Source: the human T2T-CHM13v2.0 reference genome, Homo sapiens. From it: 64,000 nt of DNA. The stretch lies in assembly GCF_009914755.1 (NCBI RefSeq), contig NC_060925.1; one strand, written 5' to 3'. A model generated the notes under the pieces. It ran no database searches and was not told where the DNA came from. It saw nothing but the letters and a program-made list of their open reading frames with translations. Shown here piece by piece: positions 1-18,551 of the stretch. The position numbers and the translations under genes are program-made. Numbering within the stretch: the first letter of the stretch is position 1; each line of letters begins with the position of its first letter.

Positions 1-229
1 AATGAGTGTGTATGGTCTCCTTCCATCTCAACATCACCTCCCCTGAGAGAGATGTCATTATTCCTCCTAACAGAGGAGAAAACTGAGACCCATGGAGGTT
101 ACTTGTGTGATCCCACAGCTGCTAAGTGGCAGAACCAGAATTTGAACCCACATTTCTCTGTGAGTAAGACAGATGGTGAATTATTACCACATATTGATTG
201 AAGCAGGAGTTGGTAACATGACAAGTCTT

Positions 230-1780
<1,551 letters not shown>

Positions 1781-2402
1781 GGTATTGTCCATCTTTTTAA
1801 TGTTTCTGGTAGGTATGTAGTAGCAGCTCACTGTGGTTTTAATTCACATTTTTATGAAAAAGCACCTCTTTCTCCAGATGGATACAGTTCCTTGCCAAGA
1901 CTCACCGCTTAGCAAGCAGAGCACAGCCTGCCCAACGATCCATGGTGGCTGTGCTTCAGGTCTCCATTGTGCCTACTGGGCAAGATGAACAGGAGCCAGC
2001 CCTTGAAGTACTATCTTTATTTTAAAGAAAAATAGCATCTATAGTGGTTGAGAGTGGCCTCTGCAGTTAGATTGTCTGGGTTCAGACCCCAGCCTCACCA
2101 CATACCAGCTGTGTGACAATGGACAAATTACTTCCCATTTCTAAGTCTTCATTCCCTCACATCTACTCATAAGTTTGTGGTGAAGATTAAATAAGATGGA
2201 ACATGTAACATACCTAGCACAGAAAACACTAGTAAACATTAGTTGTTTTGTTATTGTTCTATCTGAGTAGAAAAGTTACATACAATTATCATAGAAAATG
2301 AAGAAAAGTAGAAAGAAGCTTAAAGTTACCATAACCCTGACATCCAAAGATAACTGTTATTAATATTTGGTGCATTTTTCTAGTATTTCTATATAGGATT
2401 AA

Positions 2403-2720
<318 letters not shown>

Positions 2721-4677
2721 TAAAAACACCAATGGCATCATACTCTGTATACAATTTCATACCCTCCTTTCTATATTTAACTCTATGTCATTAACATTTT
2801 CTCATGTCATTGCATGTTCTTCAAAACTCCACTCCTAAAGGCTGTGGAATGTTCCAGCAACAGGTGCTGCACTGTGTCAGGTGATAAAGCAGTGGGTTGA
2901 AGATCAGTGATTCCAGAAACAGTCTTGTATCCTCTTGACTACATGTGATTATTCCCTTAGGATATTTTTAAAGCCTTTGATAAACATTATCAATTTGGAG
3001 CACCAGATCAAAACCACATCTTTTCACTTTTTCCTAAATATAAAATTAATGCAGGTTATGAAAAGAAGAAATAATACATGATTGTGAAGAATAGAAAGTG
3101 AAAGCCCCCCTCCCTCCCCAATAATCTCACTAGTAAAGAAAAATCACTTTGATGTACATGCTTCCAGACCTTCTATTCCATACATATGCAACAGTAGATA
3201 TAAGTATACTAACCCAAGAGTAGAAGGGGATGCTGGAGTCTGCCTGTGCCTGGTTCAAGTTCTGACTCTGCTGTGTATTCACTGTGTGACCTGGGGCGAG
3301 TTAATTCACCTCACTGTGCCCTGTTTTTAAAAATCGCTTCATTTGTTTCTGGAGTTATTTTTCAAATATCTCCAGGTTCCTCAACATTCTCAACCCTGAA
3401 TGGATACTGGAGAGTCTGCTGGAGTCTGTACCTGAAACTGGGCCAGGGATGCCTTAGCCGTTTGGACCAGACATTCCTCCCGTGCTGCTGCCCTGGAGGT
3501 CCCTGGACCACAGGCGAGGTTGAGGTTCCCCAGCTTTGCAGCAAGTAAACATTGATTCACCTGGGCACCCAGGGTAATTGTACAAATTGCCCATGCAGAT
3601 GGGTGCCTCATGCCTGGTTACCCAATGCTTACTCAGGTAGGTGTGGTTACCCAGAGACAGGTGGGTGCCCACGCCTCACCTACTACTTGGAGGCCCCAGT
3701 CATAGTCATCATATCAGGGAGTATGGGGGATGCCATTTGGGGCCTCCTCAAAAAAGATGCCACCTGCTCTAGCCCAGGAAGTCAAGCTATGGTTGCTCAC
3801 CTTGGGACAGTAGGGACAGCTTGCTGGGCTTGTAAATAAATGTGGAGCAAATCACAGTGAATGACCCGCACCTCACTTAGGCCTTCACCAGGCATTGCCA
3901 AATGCTTCCTTCTCTTTACTCGCCCAGGAGCCCAGGCACATTGGTGTCTTCATTATTTCCGAGTGGACCTTATTCAATAACCCAGGGAAAATCAACAATG
4001 TGATTAATTAAAATCTTAAGACACACTCTGTTTTGTTATCTGTGGACTCTACTGAGCTACTTCCTCCAGGAAGAAGGAATTGGCCCACTTGTTGGGTTTA
4101 TTTATTTACTTATCTACATGCATCTGGACAGTTTTGCGTTGTGATTCATTCTGGGAAAGCTATATCAGATGGGACCACATCCAAGGAGGAACCGGGTTGG
4201 GAAAGGATGCTGGAATCCCAGAATTGCCTTCCCAGTCACCTCAGAATCAGGATTATGCTCTTTTTTAATGCTTTCTCCTTCACAATGAGTTTCCCCCCCA
4301 GAAACCTCATTAACCCTGAAACTTTTTGAACATTTTCCACAGGTAAGGGAGGCTGGTCTTCTGGACTCGGCTGAGTCCTGGGTGACTCAGGCTGAGTCCT
4401 CAGGAAAACCCCAGGGGCTCAGGATGCAACCTGCTGAGTCCCAGGCCGGTGGCCGAACCTCCTCAAGCCTCGTCTTCTCATCAGCAAAATTAAAAGTTCC
4501 CTCTTAGGGTGTTGCAGGTTTCAATAGAATCACACCGCGGATCAGGCTCGCTTCGGGGCCATTGCACATGCTGTTCCCTTTTTCTGAGACACAATTCCTC
4601 TCTTCCCATCGCCACTCCAGCCTCTCAACTTGGTTGACACCAACCATCCTTCCAGCCGTAGTTTAAATATCATTTCT

Positions 4678-4977
4678 GGCTGGGTGCCCTGGCTCATGCC
4701 TGTAATCCCGGCACTTTGGGAGGCCAAGGTGGGCAGATTGCTTGAGTCCAGGAGTTCAAGGCCAGCCTGGGCAACACAGACCCTGTCTCTACAGAAGTAA
4801 ACAAAATTAGCCCAGTGTGGTGGTGTGTGCCTGTGGTCCCAGCTACTCAGGAGGCTGAGGTGGGAGGATTGCTTGAGACCGGGAGGTTAAGGCTACTGTG
4901 AGCTGTAACCATGCCATTGTACTCCAGCCTGGGTGACAGAGCACGACCCTGTCTCAAAATTAAATAAATAAATAAAT
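4678..4977 (+). mobile_element. Alu (J-like)
   Basis: Full dimer, (TAAA)n tail, TSD aaatatcatttct / aaatattatttct. Confidence 0.95.
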
Positions 4978-6213
4978 ATTATTTCTTCAGAGAGTACCTC
5001 AGCCCAGCTCAGGTGCCCAGTTCAAAGCACCCACCTCAGCCCAGTTCAAAGCACACACAGTCCCTTGAATTTTCCTTCTCAGCCTCATCACATCTGTAAT
5101 TTAAGTAACTCTTTGTTTAACATCTGCCTCCTTGGCCCAGCCCAGGAGCCCCATGGGGGAGGGCTGGGTCTCTGTTGCTCACCCCTCCATCCCGCTCCTC
5201 ATGCAGGTCTGGCACTTAGTGGGCACTTGGGAAACACGAGTGACCCTTTCAGAACCCAGGAGATGGCCTGTGGATCTGGAACCTCCAGCACCCACGTGAG
5301 GCCCTTTGACTTGGCCTCTTGCCGATAAGGTTTGGGCCAAGGCCATGGAGACAGTGGCAGAAGCCTTGGCGTTCAAGCTGTACCCCCCTAGAAATTGGGG
5401 TTCAGTCAGTTCCCCAATTCTGTGGTTAGATTAGGGGTGGGCAGGCCCAGACAAGCCTGTTCTGGAGCAGAGGCCACTGGGGCAGGCAAACCCTGAGCCT
5501 CACCCACGCTGCTCTGTCTCCGGAGCACACGCAGGCTGCTACATGCCTAAGGAGATGTGGCAGCTGCTCCCCAAACGCAGCTACACCCCGACCTCCATCT
5601 TGAGAGAGAGGAGAGCCTGTGGTGTACAGCGTGGCCCCAGCAGGCACCTGTGCTGATGGGAAAACACACAGACAGGCCAACGAATACACGTACGCGCACG
5701 CACGTACAGACTCCACTCAGAGGCAACTTCTGGGCAAGGCCCAGCCCTCTGCTGTGGTTTTGTATGGGCCCAAATATTTCTCTTTCTTGATTTATGAGCT
5801 GAGGAGGGTGAGAATCCCAATAGGCACAGCCTAGTGGCACAGGGACCTGGTTGTCTGTGTGCCCTGGGGAATTACATTGAGAATAAGGACAATGCCAACA
5901 GCGGCAGCTGCCAAAGTTGTCTTTTAAAATCAAAGACTCCTATGTGCCAGGCACCGTGCTAAGCCTTCTGTACATGATCAATATTTATTGAGGGCCCACT
6001 GTGCTCCAGGCACCGTGTAAGGCTTTTGGGATACAGCGATGCACAGAGGAGGTATGAAGTTGTGCCCTCGTGCAGCTTATGGTTGGGAAAGGCACGTAGT
6101 AAGTGAAACAAATAAGTAACTTATACAGCAGGTTAGAAGGGGCATGTGCTGTGGAGGGAAATAAGGTAGCAAAGGAGGAGAGAGGAGTGGAGTTGGGCAG
6201 GGGAATGCTGTGG

Positions 6214-6551
6214 TTTTGTTTTTTTTTTTATGTTTTTATTTTTGATACTGGGTCTTGCTGTGTTGCCCAGGCTGGGGGGCAGTGGTGCAATCACCGCTCT
6301 CACTGCAACCTCGACCTCCCAGGTTCAAGCCATCCTTCCACCTCAGCTTCCCAAGTAGCTGGAACTACAGGTGTGTACCACGACGCCCAGCTAATTTTTC
6401 TGTTTTTTTTTTTTTCTTTTTTGTATTTTTTGTGGAGACAGGGTTTCACCATGTTGCCCAGACCCATCTCAAACTCCTGGGCTCAAGAGATCCTCCCACC
6501 TTGGCCTCCCAAAATACTGGGGATTACAGGCGTGAGTCACTGTGCCCCACC
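6214..6551 (-). mobile_element. Alu (J-like)
   Basis: Antisense dimer, TSD aatgctgtggtttt / aatgttgtggtttt. Confidence 0.95.
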
Positions 6552-7577
6552 TAATGTTGTGGTTTTAAACAGCCTGATCAGGCTCCCGGAGAAGGTGACA
6601 CTGTATCGTCTCAGGTCACCTTCTTAATAAGCTCCTCTGGTCATCACTATTATCATCCCCATGTGATGGCTGAGAGAGCTGAGGCTCAGATGGGGAACAG
6701 ACGTGCTCAGAGGGTCTCAGTTTGTGATAGCAGAGCTAGGATTTGAACCCAGATCTCCCTGATGTCAAAACGTTAGTTAACCAGCCATGAGATCCTGCCT
6801 TCTGGCACAGTGGCCTGCCCCTGCTTGCCACAGCCCTTGGGGTGCAGGCCTTCCAGGACCGGGGGCTGTGTTCAGATTCCATCTGCTGGGTTACCTGCCA
6901 GGAGAGGGCAGTTGCTGAGTCTCCCTAGGGCTGGCATTCCTGCTAGGCATGTGTCTCCAAGTCAGACCTGTTTGGGCTGCACAGCCCAGCCCCTGAAAAA
7001 GTTCTTTTGTGCTTTCTCAAAGGGCCTCACAAGAGGGTTAAACGCCCTCACATTAGTGCTAATTTGGGGCTGACTTTCCTATTCAGCCAGGGACAAAGCG
7101 GTGTTTGCACAAGGACCTGAGGAATGGGACCACACGCACTGCCAGGGAGCGGGGGCTCTGTGCCCACCGCCCTCCGCCCACCCTCCCTGCCCTCGCAGGC
7201 CCCTGTTTCTCTCACAGGTAACTGGAGCTCTGCTGGGATTCTGGGTCCTCTGGCTCTAGCTCTGCCCAGAGATCTGAGCAAGTCTTGGCCCCAGTCTCTC
7301 CCAGTGAAAACCCTCTATGAAGGAATGGAAGGGCCCATTACAGATCCCTATTGTCATGGACAAGAAATGTTTGTTGTAATGAAAAATAGAAACAACCTAA
7401 ATGTCAATCAAAGGGGCAAATGGTTAAGCACACGAGAGAACAAACATTCACATCACACAGATATTTAAAAAGAGTGAGGCTGGTCTCTGGGCACAGCAAC
7501 ACAGAAAGCACATACAGCCTGCTGTGAAGCAAAAACAGAAAACTGCAAAAGAATATACACAGTAGGATCCCATTTAG

Positions 7578-9415
<1,838 letters not shown>

Positions 9416-9625
9416 GTGATACTTTTAAGGTTCAACTTGGCATTCTGCGAGCTCCCTGGTGCCACGCCAGGCCTCTGGTCAGCTGTGTGACCTTAGGTGT
9501 CCATATCTGAACTAGATTTCATCTCCTTTGCAGAGTTGTTGTGAGAATTAAATGAAATGATGTCTGTAAAACACCTAGCACAGTGCCCGATACACAGTAG
9601 GTGCTAAAAAACCGGCCATTATGAG

Positions 9626-9906
9626 ATGGCTCATGCCTGTAATCCCAGTGCTTTGGGAGGCCAAGGTGGGAGGATCACTTGAGGCTGGAAATTCAAGAGC
9701 AACCTAAGCAACATAGCAATATCCCCTCTCTAGAAAAAAAAAGTTTTAAACATTAGCTGGGTGTGGTGGTGTATGTCTGTAGTTCCAGCTACTTGGGAAG
9801 CTGAGGCAGGAGGATCACTTGAGCTTGGGAGCTGGAGGCTGCAGTGAATCATGATCATACTGGTGACACAGTGAGACCCTGTCTCATAAAAACAAAAAAC
9901 AAAAAA
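9626..9906 (+). mobile_element. Alu (J-like, small deletions)
   Basis: tggctcatgcctgtaatcccag ... gagaccctgtctc followed by an A-rich tail. Confidence 0.93.
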
Positions 9907-10477
9907 GTGCATTGTTACTATTATCATCATCGGCCCAGGACCCTGTGTTCTATACACAGGGTGATTTTAACCAAGGTTTAGAGAAGGCCTGTCTGCACCA
10001 GAACTCCGGGCTGGCATCATTTTCATAAATTCTTTGTCCCATTCAGCTCCTCTCTGGCTATTCAGAAAATAATCTGAATGTTGAAACTTGTAAGCAATAA
10101 AAGGATTTCATGACACAGGCCAAATCAGGACTTTTCCGCTTTGCAATGACAGCCTTCCCCTCTCCTCTGCTGTGGCCCTGGCTCTCCACTCTCTCCTTGG
10201 GCTTCCCATGGGACTGCTTAGCATGGATCCCACGGGGTTATGGTTAACAGTCAAGAGTCCCGGGCGCAGGGCCAGGATGGCAACTCGCCCAGGGCAGGAA
10301 GCAGCTTACGCATCAGTATTCCCCATACTCAGCACAGGGCCTGGCACAGATCAGTGCCCTGTGAAGGGCTATGAGTTGAAAAAATAGTGACCTAGAGTGT
10401 ACTGGGTGTCTCACCCAAACTTCCCTGACACGGAATAGAAAGCGATGAACAGAGTTAGCACTCAATATGTATTTGTG

Positions 10478-10768
10478 GGCCGGGCGTGGTGGTTCACGCT
10501 TGTAATCCCAGCACTTTGGGAGGCTGAGGCGGGTGGATTGCTCGAGGTCGGGAGTTTAAGACCAGCAGGGCCAGCATGATGAAACTCTACTGAAAAAAAA
10601 ACAAAAATTAGCCAAGCATGGTGGTAGGTGCCTATAATTCCAGCTACTGGGGAGGCTGAGGCATGAGAATCTCTTGAACACATGAGGTGGAGGTTGCAGT
10701 GAGCCAAGATTGTGCACTGCACTCCACCATGGGTGACAGACCGAGACTCCATGTCAAAAAAAAAAAAA
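10478..10768 (+). mobile_element. Alu (S-like)
   Basis: Full dimer, poly-A, TSD core gtatttgtg. Confidence 0.95.
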
Positions 10769-12800
10769 GTATTTGTGGAAGCAGGGAGGAAGAGAGGAAA
10801 AAGAAGGAAAGAAGAGGCATGCCTGACCCACCAACTGGATGACCAAACTATGAAAGAACCGAGAAACGAATGAAATGGAATTCCTCTCGTAGCTCTCCTT
10901 CTCTGGAGAACTCTCCTTCTCATCATTGGAAAAGGAGATAAATTAAATGAGTTGGTCTTTTAAATAATAAGCGCTAGCATAATAGCCGTATTTACCATGT
11001 GACCAGCTGTGTTCTGTTCATTTTGAGTGTATTAACTAATTTAATTCTCACACCAATTCTAGGAGATGTGTTACTGTGCCCATTTTACAAATGAGCAGAC
11101 CAAGGCTCCAAGAAGCCAAGTAACAAGCTCAAGGTCGTGTGGCTGCTTAGTGGAGCAGCTGGCTCCAGAGGCTGCCCTCTGGGCTGCGATTGCTTTGGTC
11201 CCTCTGAGGTGTTTCAGGAGGTGAACCCCCCCACAGGTGGTGATGACACAGGGCTGGTATTGTGCCCTGCTCATCCTGTTGCTCAGATCCTCAGGTGTGG
11301 ACTCCTTTGCTTGCCTCTTGCCCATTTCTCCACAGTCTAGCTCTAACAGACATTTTCAGTTTGATCTCCTTCTACGTCCTTTCCCGTACCCGATGCTGCA
11401 CCCAAGCCAGCTACTCCCTGTTCCCTGCTCACACCCTGTGCATTCCTGTGTCTAGGCTTTTCCTGCTGCTGTTCCTTCCTTGGCCTGGAATGTGTTCTCC
11501 CACCCCCGACTCTCACAATCATCCCCACCTCTCCAAGTCCAATTCAGGTGCCACTTTACCTGTGAAGCCCTCGCTGGCCGTCCCTGTTTAAAATGCATTA
11601 CGCCTTGCCCTGCTCTGGGCTTCAATAACTAACTCTTGATCATCTCCAGACCCCCACATCCCACCCTAAGAAACTCTCATTGACCAGGAGCCGGGCTGAA
11701 TTTCTTCACCCCTCCCCACCCCAGATGTTGAGATTTGGGAGAGCAAGGAGCTCTGTCTAGCTCATATCCTTGTCCCCGCTGCCCAGCATAGGACCCGGCA
11801 TAAGTACACTAACCGTAAAAGCATGGTTAAAAGTGACCTACTCCACTTTCAGCCACTAGCTGATGACGATGTGCTGGTGTCCCACACCTTCCATTCCAGG
11901 ATTCCTTCAGGTTCCCTCAATACACTTCCCACTACACCTCTGTGCCTTGGCCATGCTGTTCCTTCCACCTGGAATGCTCTCTCTACCTCGGCTGCTCAGA
12001 GAATCCAGAGTCTTTTCAAGTTCAGTTCAATGTCCCTTCCTCTAGAAAGCCTTCTCCCTCCTTTGCCCCAGAGCTAAATCACTTCTTCTTTTGCGTTGTC
12101 TCCGCACTTCACACCTGCCTGGGGGTTTGCTAAGCTGTACTGCAATGAGTTTTCCTGTCTGTCCCAGGTGGCTCTTTGAAGCTGGGACATGACAGACCAC
12201 CTCTACGTCCCCAGGACCAAATACAGTGATTTTAAAGCATTTTTAGTTGTGGAACTCTCTCTTCAAAAGCAAAATCTATACGTATCTCAAAATAAAACAG
12301 ATATAAGAAAGCAGTTCTTGGCAGAATGGGGAAGGGGACTGGGGGCAGCCCCACCTGTGTGAGCATCTCAGACCCACCAGGGACGCTGTCTCAGAGCTTC
12401 CAGGCCTCACAACACAGTGTGAAAACCCCTGACTCAGCACAACATCTGGAATAAGGTCGCTGCTCAACAAATTCTTTTTAAATGATTTGAAGGCCAAACA
12501 CTTTCAGGACCCAAAGAACGAATTTCTTAGAGTGGAATTTCAGACACCTTGCCTGGAAGAAGAGACACACTGGGGCTTTGGCTCAGGAGTCAGGGGTTCA
12601 AGCTTCAGCCCGGTTGCTCCCTGGCAGGACAGGGACCTCACCTCTCTGGACTTAATTTTTTTCATACATAAAATGAGAAGAAAAGTAACACTTACAGGTG
12701 TAAGGGCTACTGGCTGTGGTTATTTCTAGGCACTGGGGCTCTCTGCCCCTCTTTTTTCCTTAAATCACATCATTCATGTCCTACCGAAAAAAGACCCACT

Positions 12801-13325
<525 letters not shown>

Positions 13326-16166
13326 CTAGCCCTGTGACCTTGAGCAGATTACTTCACTCTATGTGCCTTGGTTTCTCCAGCTGTAAAAAGGGAGAAATAA
13401 TAGTACTCCCCTCATAGGCGTGGATAGTCATAGACGTGAAATGCTTAAAACAGTGCCTGGCACATAGTAACTGCTACATACGTGTACCCAACTGATACCA
13501 TCCCATGGGGCTGTTGTGAGGATTAAATTAGGATATAAATAAAACGTGTCCAGCCTAGGGCCTGGTGTACGGTAAGAACTCAATTCAGAGGAGCTGTTAT
13601 TTAATATGACTTTGGCTCAAATTCAGCATGTTACATATGTGCTCCTAGGGTGGGAGGAGGGAAAAAAACCTGGGCAGAAATTCTAGGCCTTGCAATCTCA
13701 CTCTGCGATCTCCTGTGAAAGGGGCCGCAGCAGCTTCTGCATTTGGGTGGGTGCGCCACGGTGCAGTTCTGGGTGTGTCCTGCTGCCTGACTCAGACACA
13801 AGTGCCCTCTCCCACCTGTCCCCCACCCATCTCCCACAGCACCCTGTGCCTGCCCATCCATGTGGTGATTAGGCCTGACCCCGAAAGCAGCAAGATTCTA
13901 TCACTGCCCCAGGGCCAGGGGTGGCAGGAGGGGTTATAATTATGGGTTTCATCGAAATTGTGGAAATGGCAAACGCTGCTTTCTGCGGCTCCTCTAAGGG
14001 CCCTGCTGGGGCCCTCCCCAAACCCTCCCACCTGGGTGCCCCCAGAAGCCGGCACTCCCAGTCCGTGGCAACCTACAGTTACAGACAACTTATTACAAGT
14101 GTGCTAAGCGTTTTATGTGAAGAATCTCATTTAATCCTCACAAACGGTATTATTTCCCCCATCTTACAGGTGAGGCTCAGGAAGGCAAAGTGACTCACCC
14201 TAAAGTATGCGGCCAAGACAGTCTCCAAGGACTTTCTGGCTCTTTGGCCCATGATCTTAACCTCTACCTGAGTTTGTATCAAATATGGCACCAAAATGTG
14301 GTTGTAGTCCTACAGTTAGGGAACTGGGCCCCGAGTTTGGCCGTGGCTCTCACCCTGTGCGATCTGGGCAGTCACGTCACCTCTCTGAGCCTAGGTTTCC
14401 TCTTGAGTTTAGCATGAGGGCCGGAGGAGGAAACGTGTGTGTCTATTAATGCCTGGGATGGATAAGGCTCCATAAGGGTCAGCTACCATATTCTTTTGCT
14501 GTTGTTGGTACTGTTAGGCTTTATTGGTGGAGTGATGAAATCACCGTCTACACAGACACAAACATCAGGGCATTGGGAAACCTCTTCGTACTGGATGTGC
14601 CACAGGCGAGATTTGATCATACATTCTCCAATTTCTTCCAGATCCTGAGTCATGAAAAGGTGGGCTGAGTCATGCCTGGGGCTTCCATTTTGCTTATACT
14701 GAGCCATTACGTTGTGAAATCTTTAGTAAGTAGCAGGAGCTTTAATGGAAAGCAAATTAAACTCATCCCCCAGTTTGCTGGGGGTGTGGAAGCCCGTCCG
14801 GGAAGCTCATAGTGATCATAGCATGGAGCCTGGAGCTCTTGGAAGGAAAGGGGTTTGAGAAGTCCTAGGTCTTCCTCCCCGCCTTTCCTTTTTCTTTTTA
14901 ATAATGTGTTTTCTTCAGCCTGTGATAAATGACTCGGAGTGGAAGATGCCCAGTAGGGGGAGGGAAAGGGAGGGATGTTGTTTACTTATCTGGGAGCACA
15001 TCGCCAAGACAAAGCTTGGAGTTCTAATACTCTCCAGTGCGTGACCCACTTCCCTCTGTGGCCCAGAGCAAGTATCGCCCTGATTTGCTGGTGACTCTGC
15101 AATAATCACCTCCCTCAAATTTCCACACCTCTCCCAGCAAGGCAGGAAGGAAACACCACGCCTGGCCTTGGGCAATCCCAGGGACCAGCCAGGATTCCAT
15201 TAACCCCAGAAGTGAACCCTGGATTCCATTGGTCAGGCCCCACCCCCCAACTTCGTTGGGCTTCCTTGGGTAATTTATGAGCTTCTCCACTTTGGCTGTT
15301 ATTATTCGCCTCTTGTTAATGAGCAGGCTTAGGGCATTCAGGATTTCCTTAGTCAGTGATTCCTCCTTCTGGAGTAGTCTGTCTTTGGACTTTTATAGGT
15401 CGTTAACAGCCTTGCAAAGTCTGACACTGTACCAGGCAACTGGGTTTCTTTACTGGAAAGGAAAAGGGGGAGGCTGAGGGACGGATGGAAGCTACTTCAG
15501 GTCAAGGGGGGCTCTTGCTCACCACAGGACATAAGCTCACCATTTTCTGTCCCAAGGGGACAAACACGACACACGCGGCTACAGGGGACTGAGGAGATTT
15601 TGTATCTGCATTCCTTTTAAAATGGAGAGACCTGGAAATTGGCCTCCAAAGACAGCAAAGTAATGTTTCATTCACTGCTCTTGGGGGCTTCCTATTTTCT
15701 GAGGTAAATGTGTGCAGTTGCTTTCCTGGAAGGCACTTTTTCCTCAGCCTCAAGGCCTCTCCAGCTGAGGTGGCTGAGGGAAGGCCTGGAGTGAGGGGAT
15801 AAAGTCACGGTTGACAACAACACCCTTCTTTTCATTCCTCAGCACTTGACACACTGGCACGCTTAATAAAACAGGTGGCAGGCATGGTGGGACCAAAGTG
15901 CTGATTCAGCCATGCCACTTGCCTTTCATCTTGGGCTTGGACTGTCGAACAGACATGCTTAACAAGAAGAGGTGGAGGAGTTTATCCCCTTAATAAGCCA
16001 CCCTGAAGTCACTGTGCGGAATCATGTTCATCTCTCAGGATGCTGCGGGGGAATCATTTCTAGTTACAGAGTCTTAATAATTTGCCCAGTGGGCTTAAGA
16101 ACTATTGATACATTCATTAATAACAACAAAATCTATTGATACATTTTTTGGAAAAAAGCAAGCTTA

Positions 16167-16553
<387 letters not shown>

Positions 16554-16837
16554 TCAGCATTGAATGGTGGAGTAATGTTTTTAAATTTTTAGTTATTTAT
16601 TGCCTTTGGTAATTCTGAAAATTTTCTCCCACAAACATATATTACATTTGAAATAAATAATAAAAGTAAACCCCTGGATATTTCTGGTAAATCCAACCCC
16701 AGCTTAGCTTAAAATTGTCTCCCAGATTCAGACAAAAATATCTCAAGGTCAGTGGCTAATTTCTGCTTTTATGCCTTCTTCAATTCAGCCCTACCGCCCA
16801 GAAAGCCCAGGGAGTTGAAGCTAAAGAGAAATCATTA

Positions 16838-17127
16838 GGCTGGGTGCCGTGGCTCACACCTGTAATCCCAGCACTTTAGGAGGCCAAGGTGGGTGGATCA
16901 CCTGAGGTCAGGAGTTCGAGACCAGCGTGGCCAACATGGTGAAACTCCGTCTCTACTAAATATACAAAAATTAGCCGGGGCCTGGTGGTGGGCGCCTGTA
17001 ATCCCAGCTACTCGGGAGGCTGAGGCAGGAGAGTCGTTTGAACCCCAGAGGCGGAGGTTGCAGTGAATGAGATCGCGCCACTGCACTCCAGCCTGAGTGA
17101 CAGGGCGAGACTCTGTTTCAAAACAAT
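16838..17127 (+). mobile_element. Alu (S-like)
   Basis: Full dimer, TSD taaagagaaatcatt. Confidence 0.95.
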
Positions 17128-18044
17128 AAAGAGAAATCATTGTTCACCATATTTGTATTTGACTGTGTGGCCCTTTTTTCCCTCTAGATCTAGCTTCTCC
17201 TGTAATGAGAGCTGTCACAGAAGGGCACGGGGCCGGAGTGGCTGTCTTTCCACAGCCATAAAATGTTTGTTTTCCCCTTGCCTTGCTTTACCCTGAGAGG
17301 CTGGGTTTAGCAACACTGTACAGTTCTCAGAGCGGGGCTGTTTATCAAAATGTGCTGTTTAAACCCAGGTTAAGGCAACCAGGATTTTGAGTATGGAACC
17401 AGCCCTATGTCCCAGCCTGTCTGGTCTGTGTCTGCTCCTCAGCAGGAGCCAGGAACAAGCAGGGCCCTGGGGGAAGCCTCTCTTTATGAGGCTTCTGCTA
17501 CTGAATCTCTTCAGCTTCCTCAGCTGGAAGCCTGAAGCTAAGCCTAGACAGTCTTGGCATCACCTCACCTTGAGCAAGGGGAGGGGTTTATTTAAAAAAA
17601 AAAAAGCTCTAGAAGATCAGGAGGATGACAACAGGTCATTTGGGAGTAAAACACTTTTTAGTGATGAAGCCTGAAAAAGGATTTTGAAACCCCAGACAGT
17701 AGTTGCTTATGTGATGGGAGAAATAGCCCTCAGGCCACCAGGGTCATTGCTCCTGGGGATGTTTTCTGAGCCTCCCTTCCGCTCCTGGTTGCAAAACACA
17801 GTGGTCTGTGCAAGGGCCCTCCAAGCCGCCGCCTGTGCACCTGGTCCTGCAGCCCTGCTGCTGCTTCGGAGGAGGTTATGTCCACCCTAAGGAAGGCTTG
17901 GGTGAGGAGGAGGGCTAGTCAAATGGGGCATCTTCCTCTCCTTTGGAAAAGGATGACAGAGGGGACATGCCCTTAGCTCACTGTTAACAGACCTCGGGAG
18001 AGGCTTCTCAGTTCTCCTGGTGAAAGCTGTCAGGCTTGGCACAT

Positions 18045-18123
18045 GGAGAAGGAAAGCAGGAGGAGGAGGAGGAGGGGAGAGCAGCTGGAGGAGGAGAAGG
18101 AGGAGGAATAGGAGAAGGAGGAG

Positions 18124-18155
<32 letters not shown>

Positions 18156-18172
18156 AGAAAAAGAAGAGAGGG
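18045..18172. repeat. (GGA/GAA)n purine-rich low-complexity repeat
   Basis: Run of GAG/GGA/GAA triplets. Confidence 0.9.
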
Positions 18173-18551
18173 CAGCCATGTGCTTTTGTACCGCTGAACT
18201 TGCCCCTGGTGAGGCAGGTGAGAGCCCAGCACCCCAGCAGTATGGGACCAGGGCAGAAGCTGCATCGTCCAGAAGGGATCATGGCCTGTTTGTTCCTGGA
18301 ATAGGGCAGCGCATAGCTGGTGCTCAATAAGTATTTCAATGAACACCCAGCCTCTGGTGGGCAGTCAGCAAATGAACGAGTCTTGGATAGCAGCAGTTAA
18401 GAACTACTAAGTTAACTCCTAGTTAAGACTAGAGTTGGTGGATCTGAGTTCACATTTCAGCTCTGTCACTAAGAGCTGTGTGGCCTTGAGCAAAGGGGAA
18501 CCGAATACCCACTACACAGAGTGGTTAAGGGGACTAAGAAAGTTTGCAGTT

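Noticed and set aside
9448-9468. CTCF-like motifs (also near 11171 and 57672)
   Set aside because: Partial matches to a degenerate motif; not supportable without scoring or ChIP data.
17963-17972. p53/p63 half-site GGACATGCCC (also near 51737) and AGACATGCTT near 15951
   Set aside because: Single half-sites only; no correctly spaced second half-site seen.
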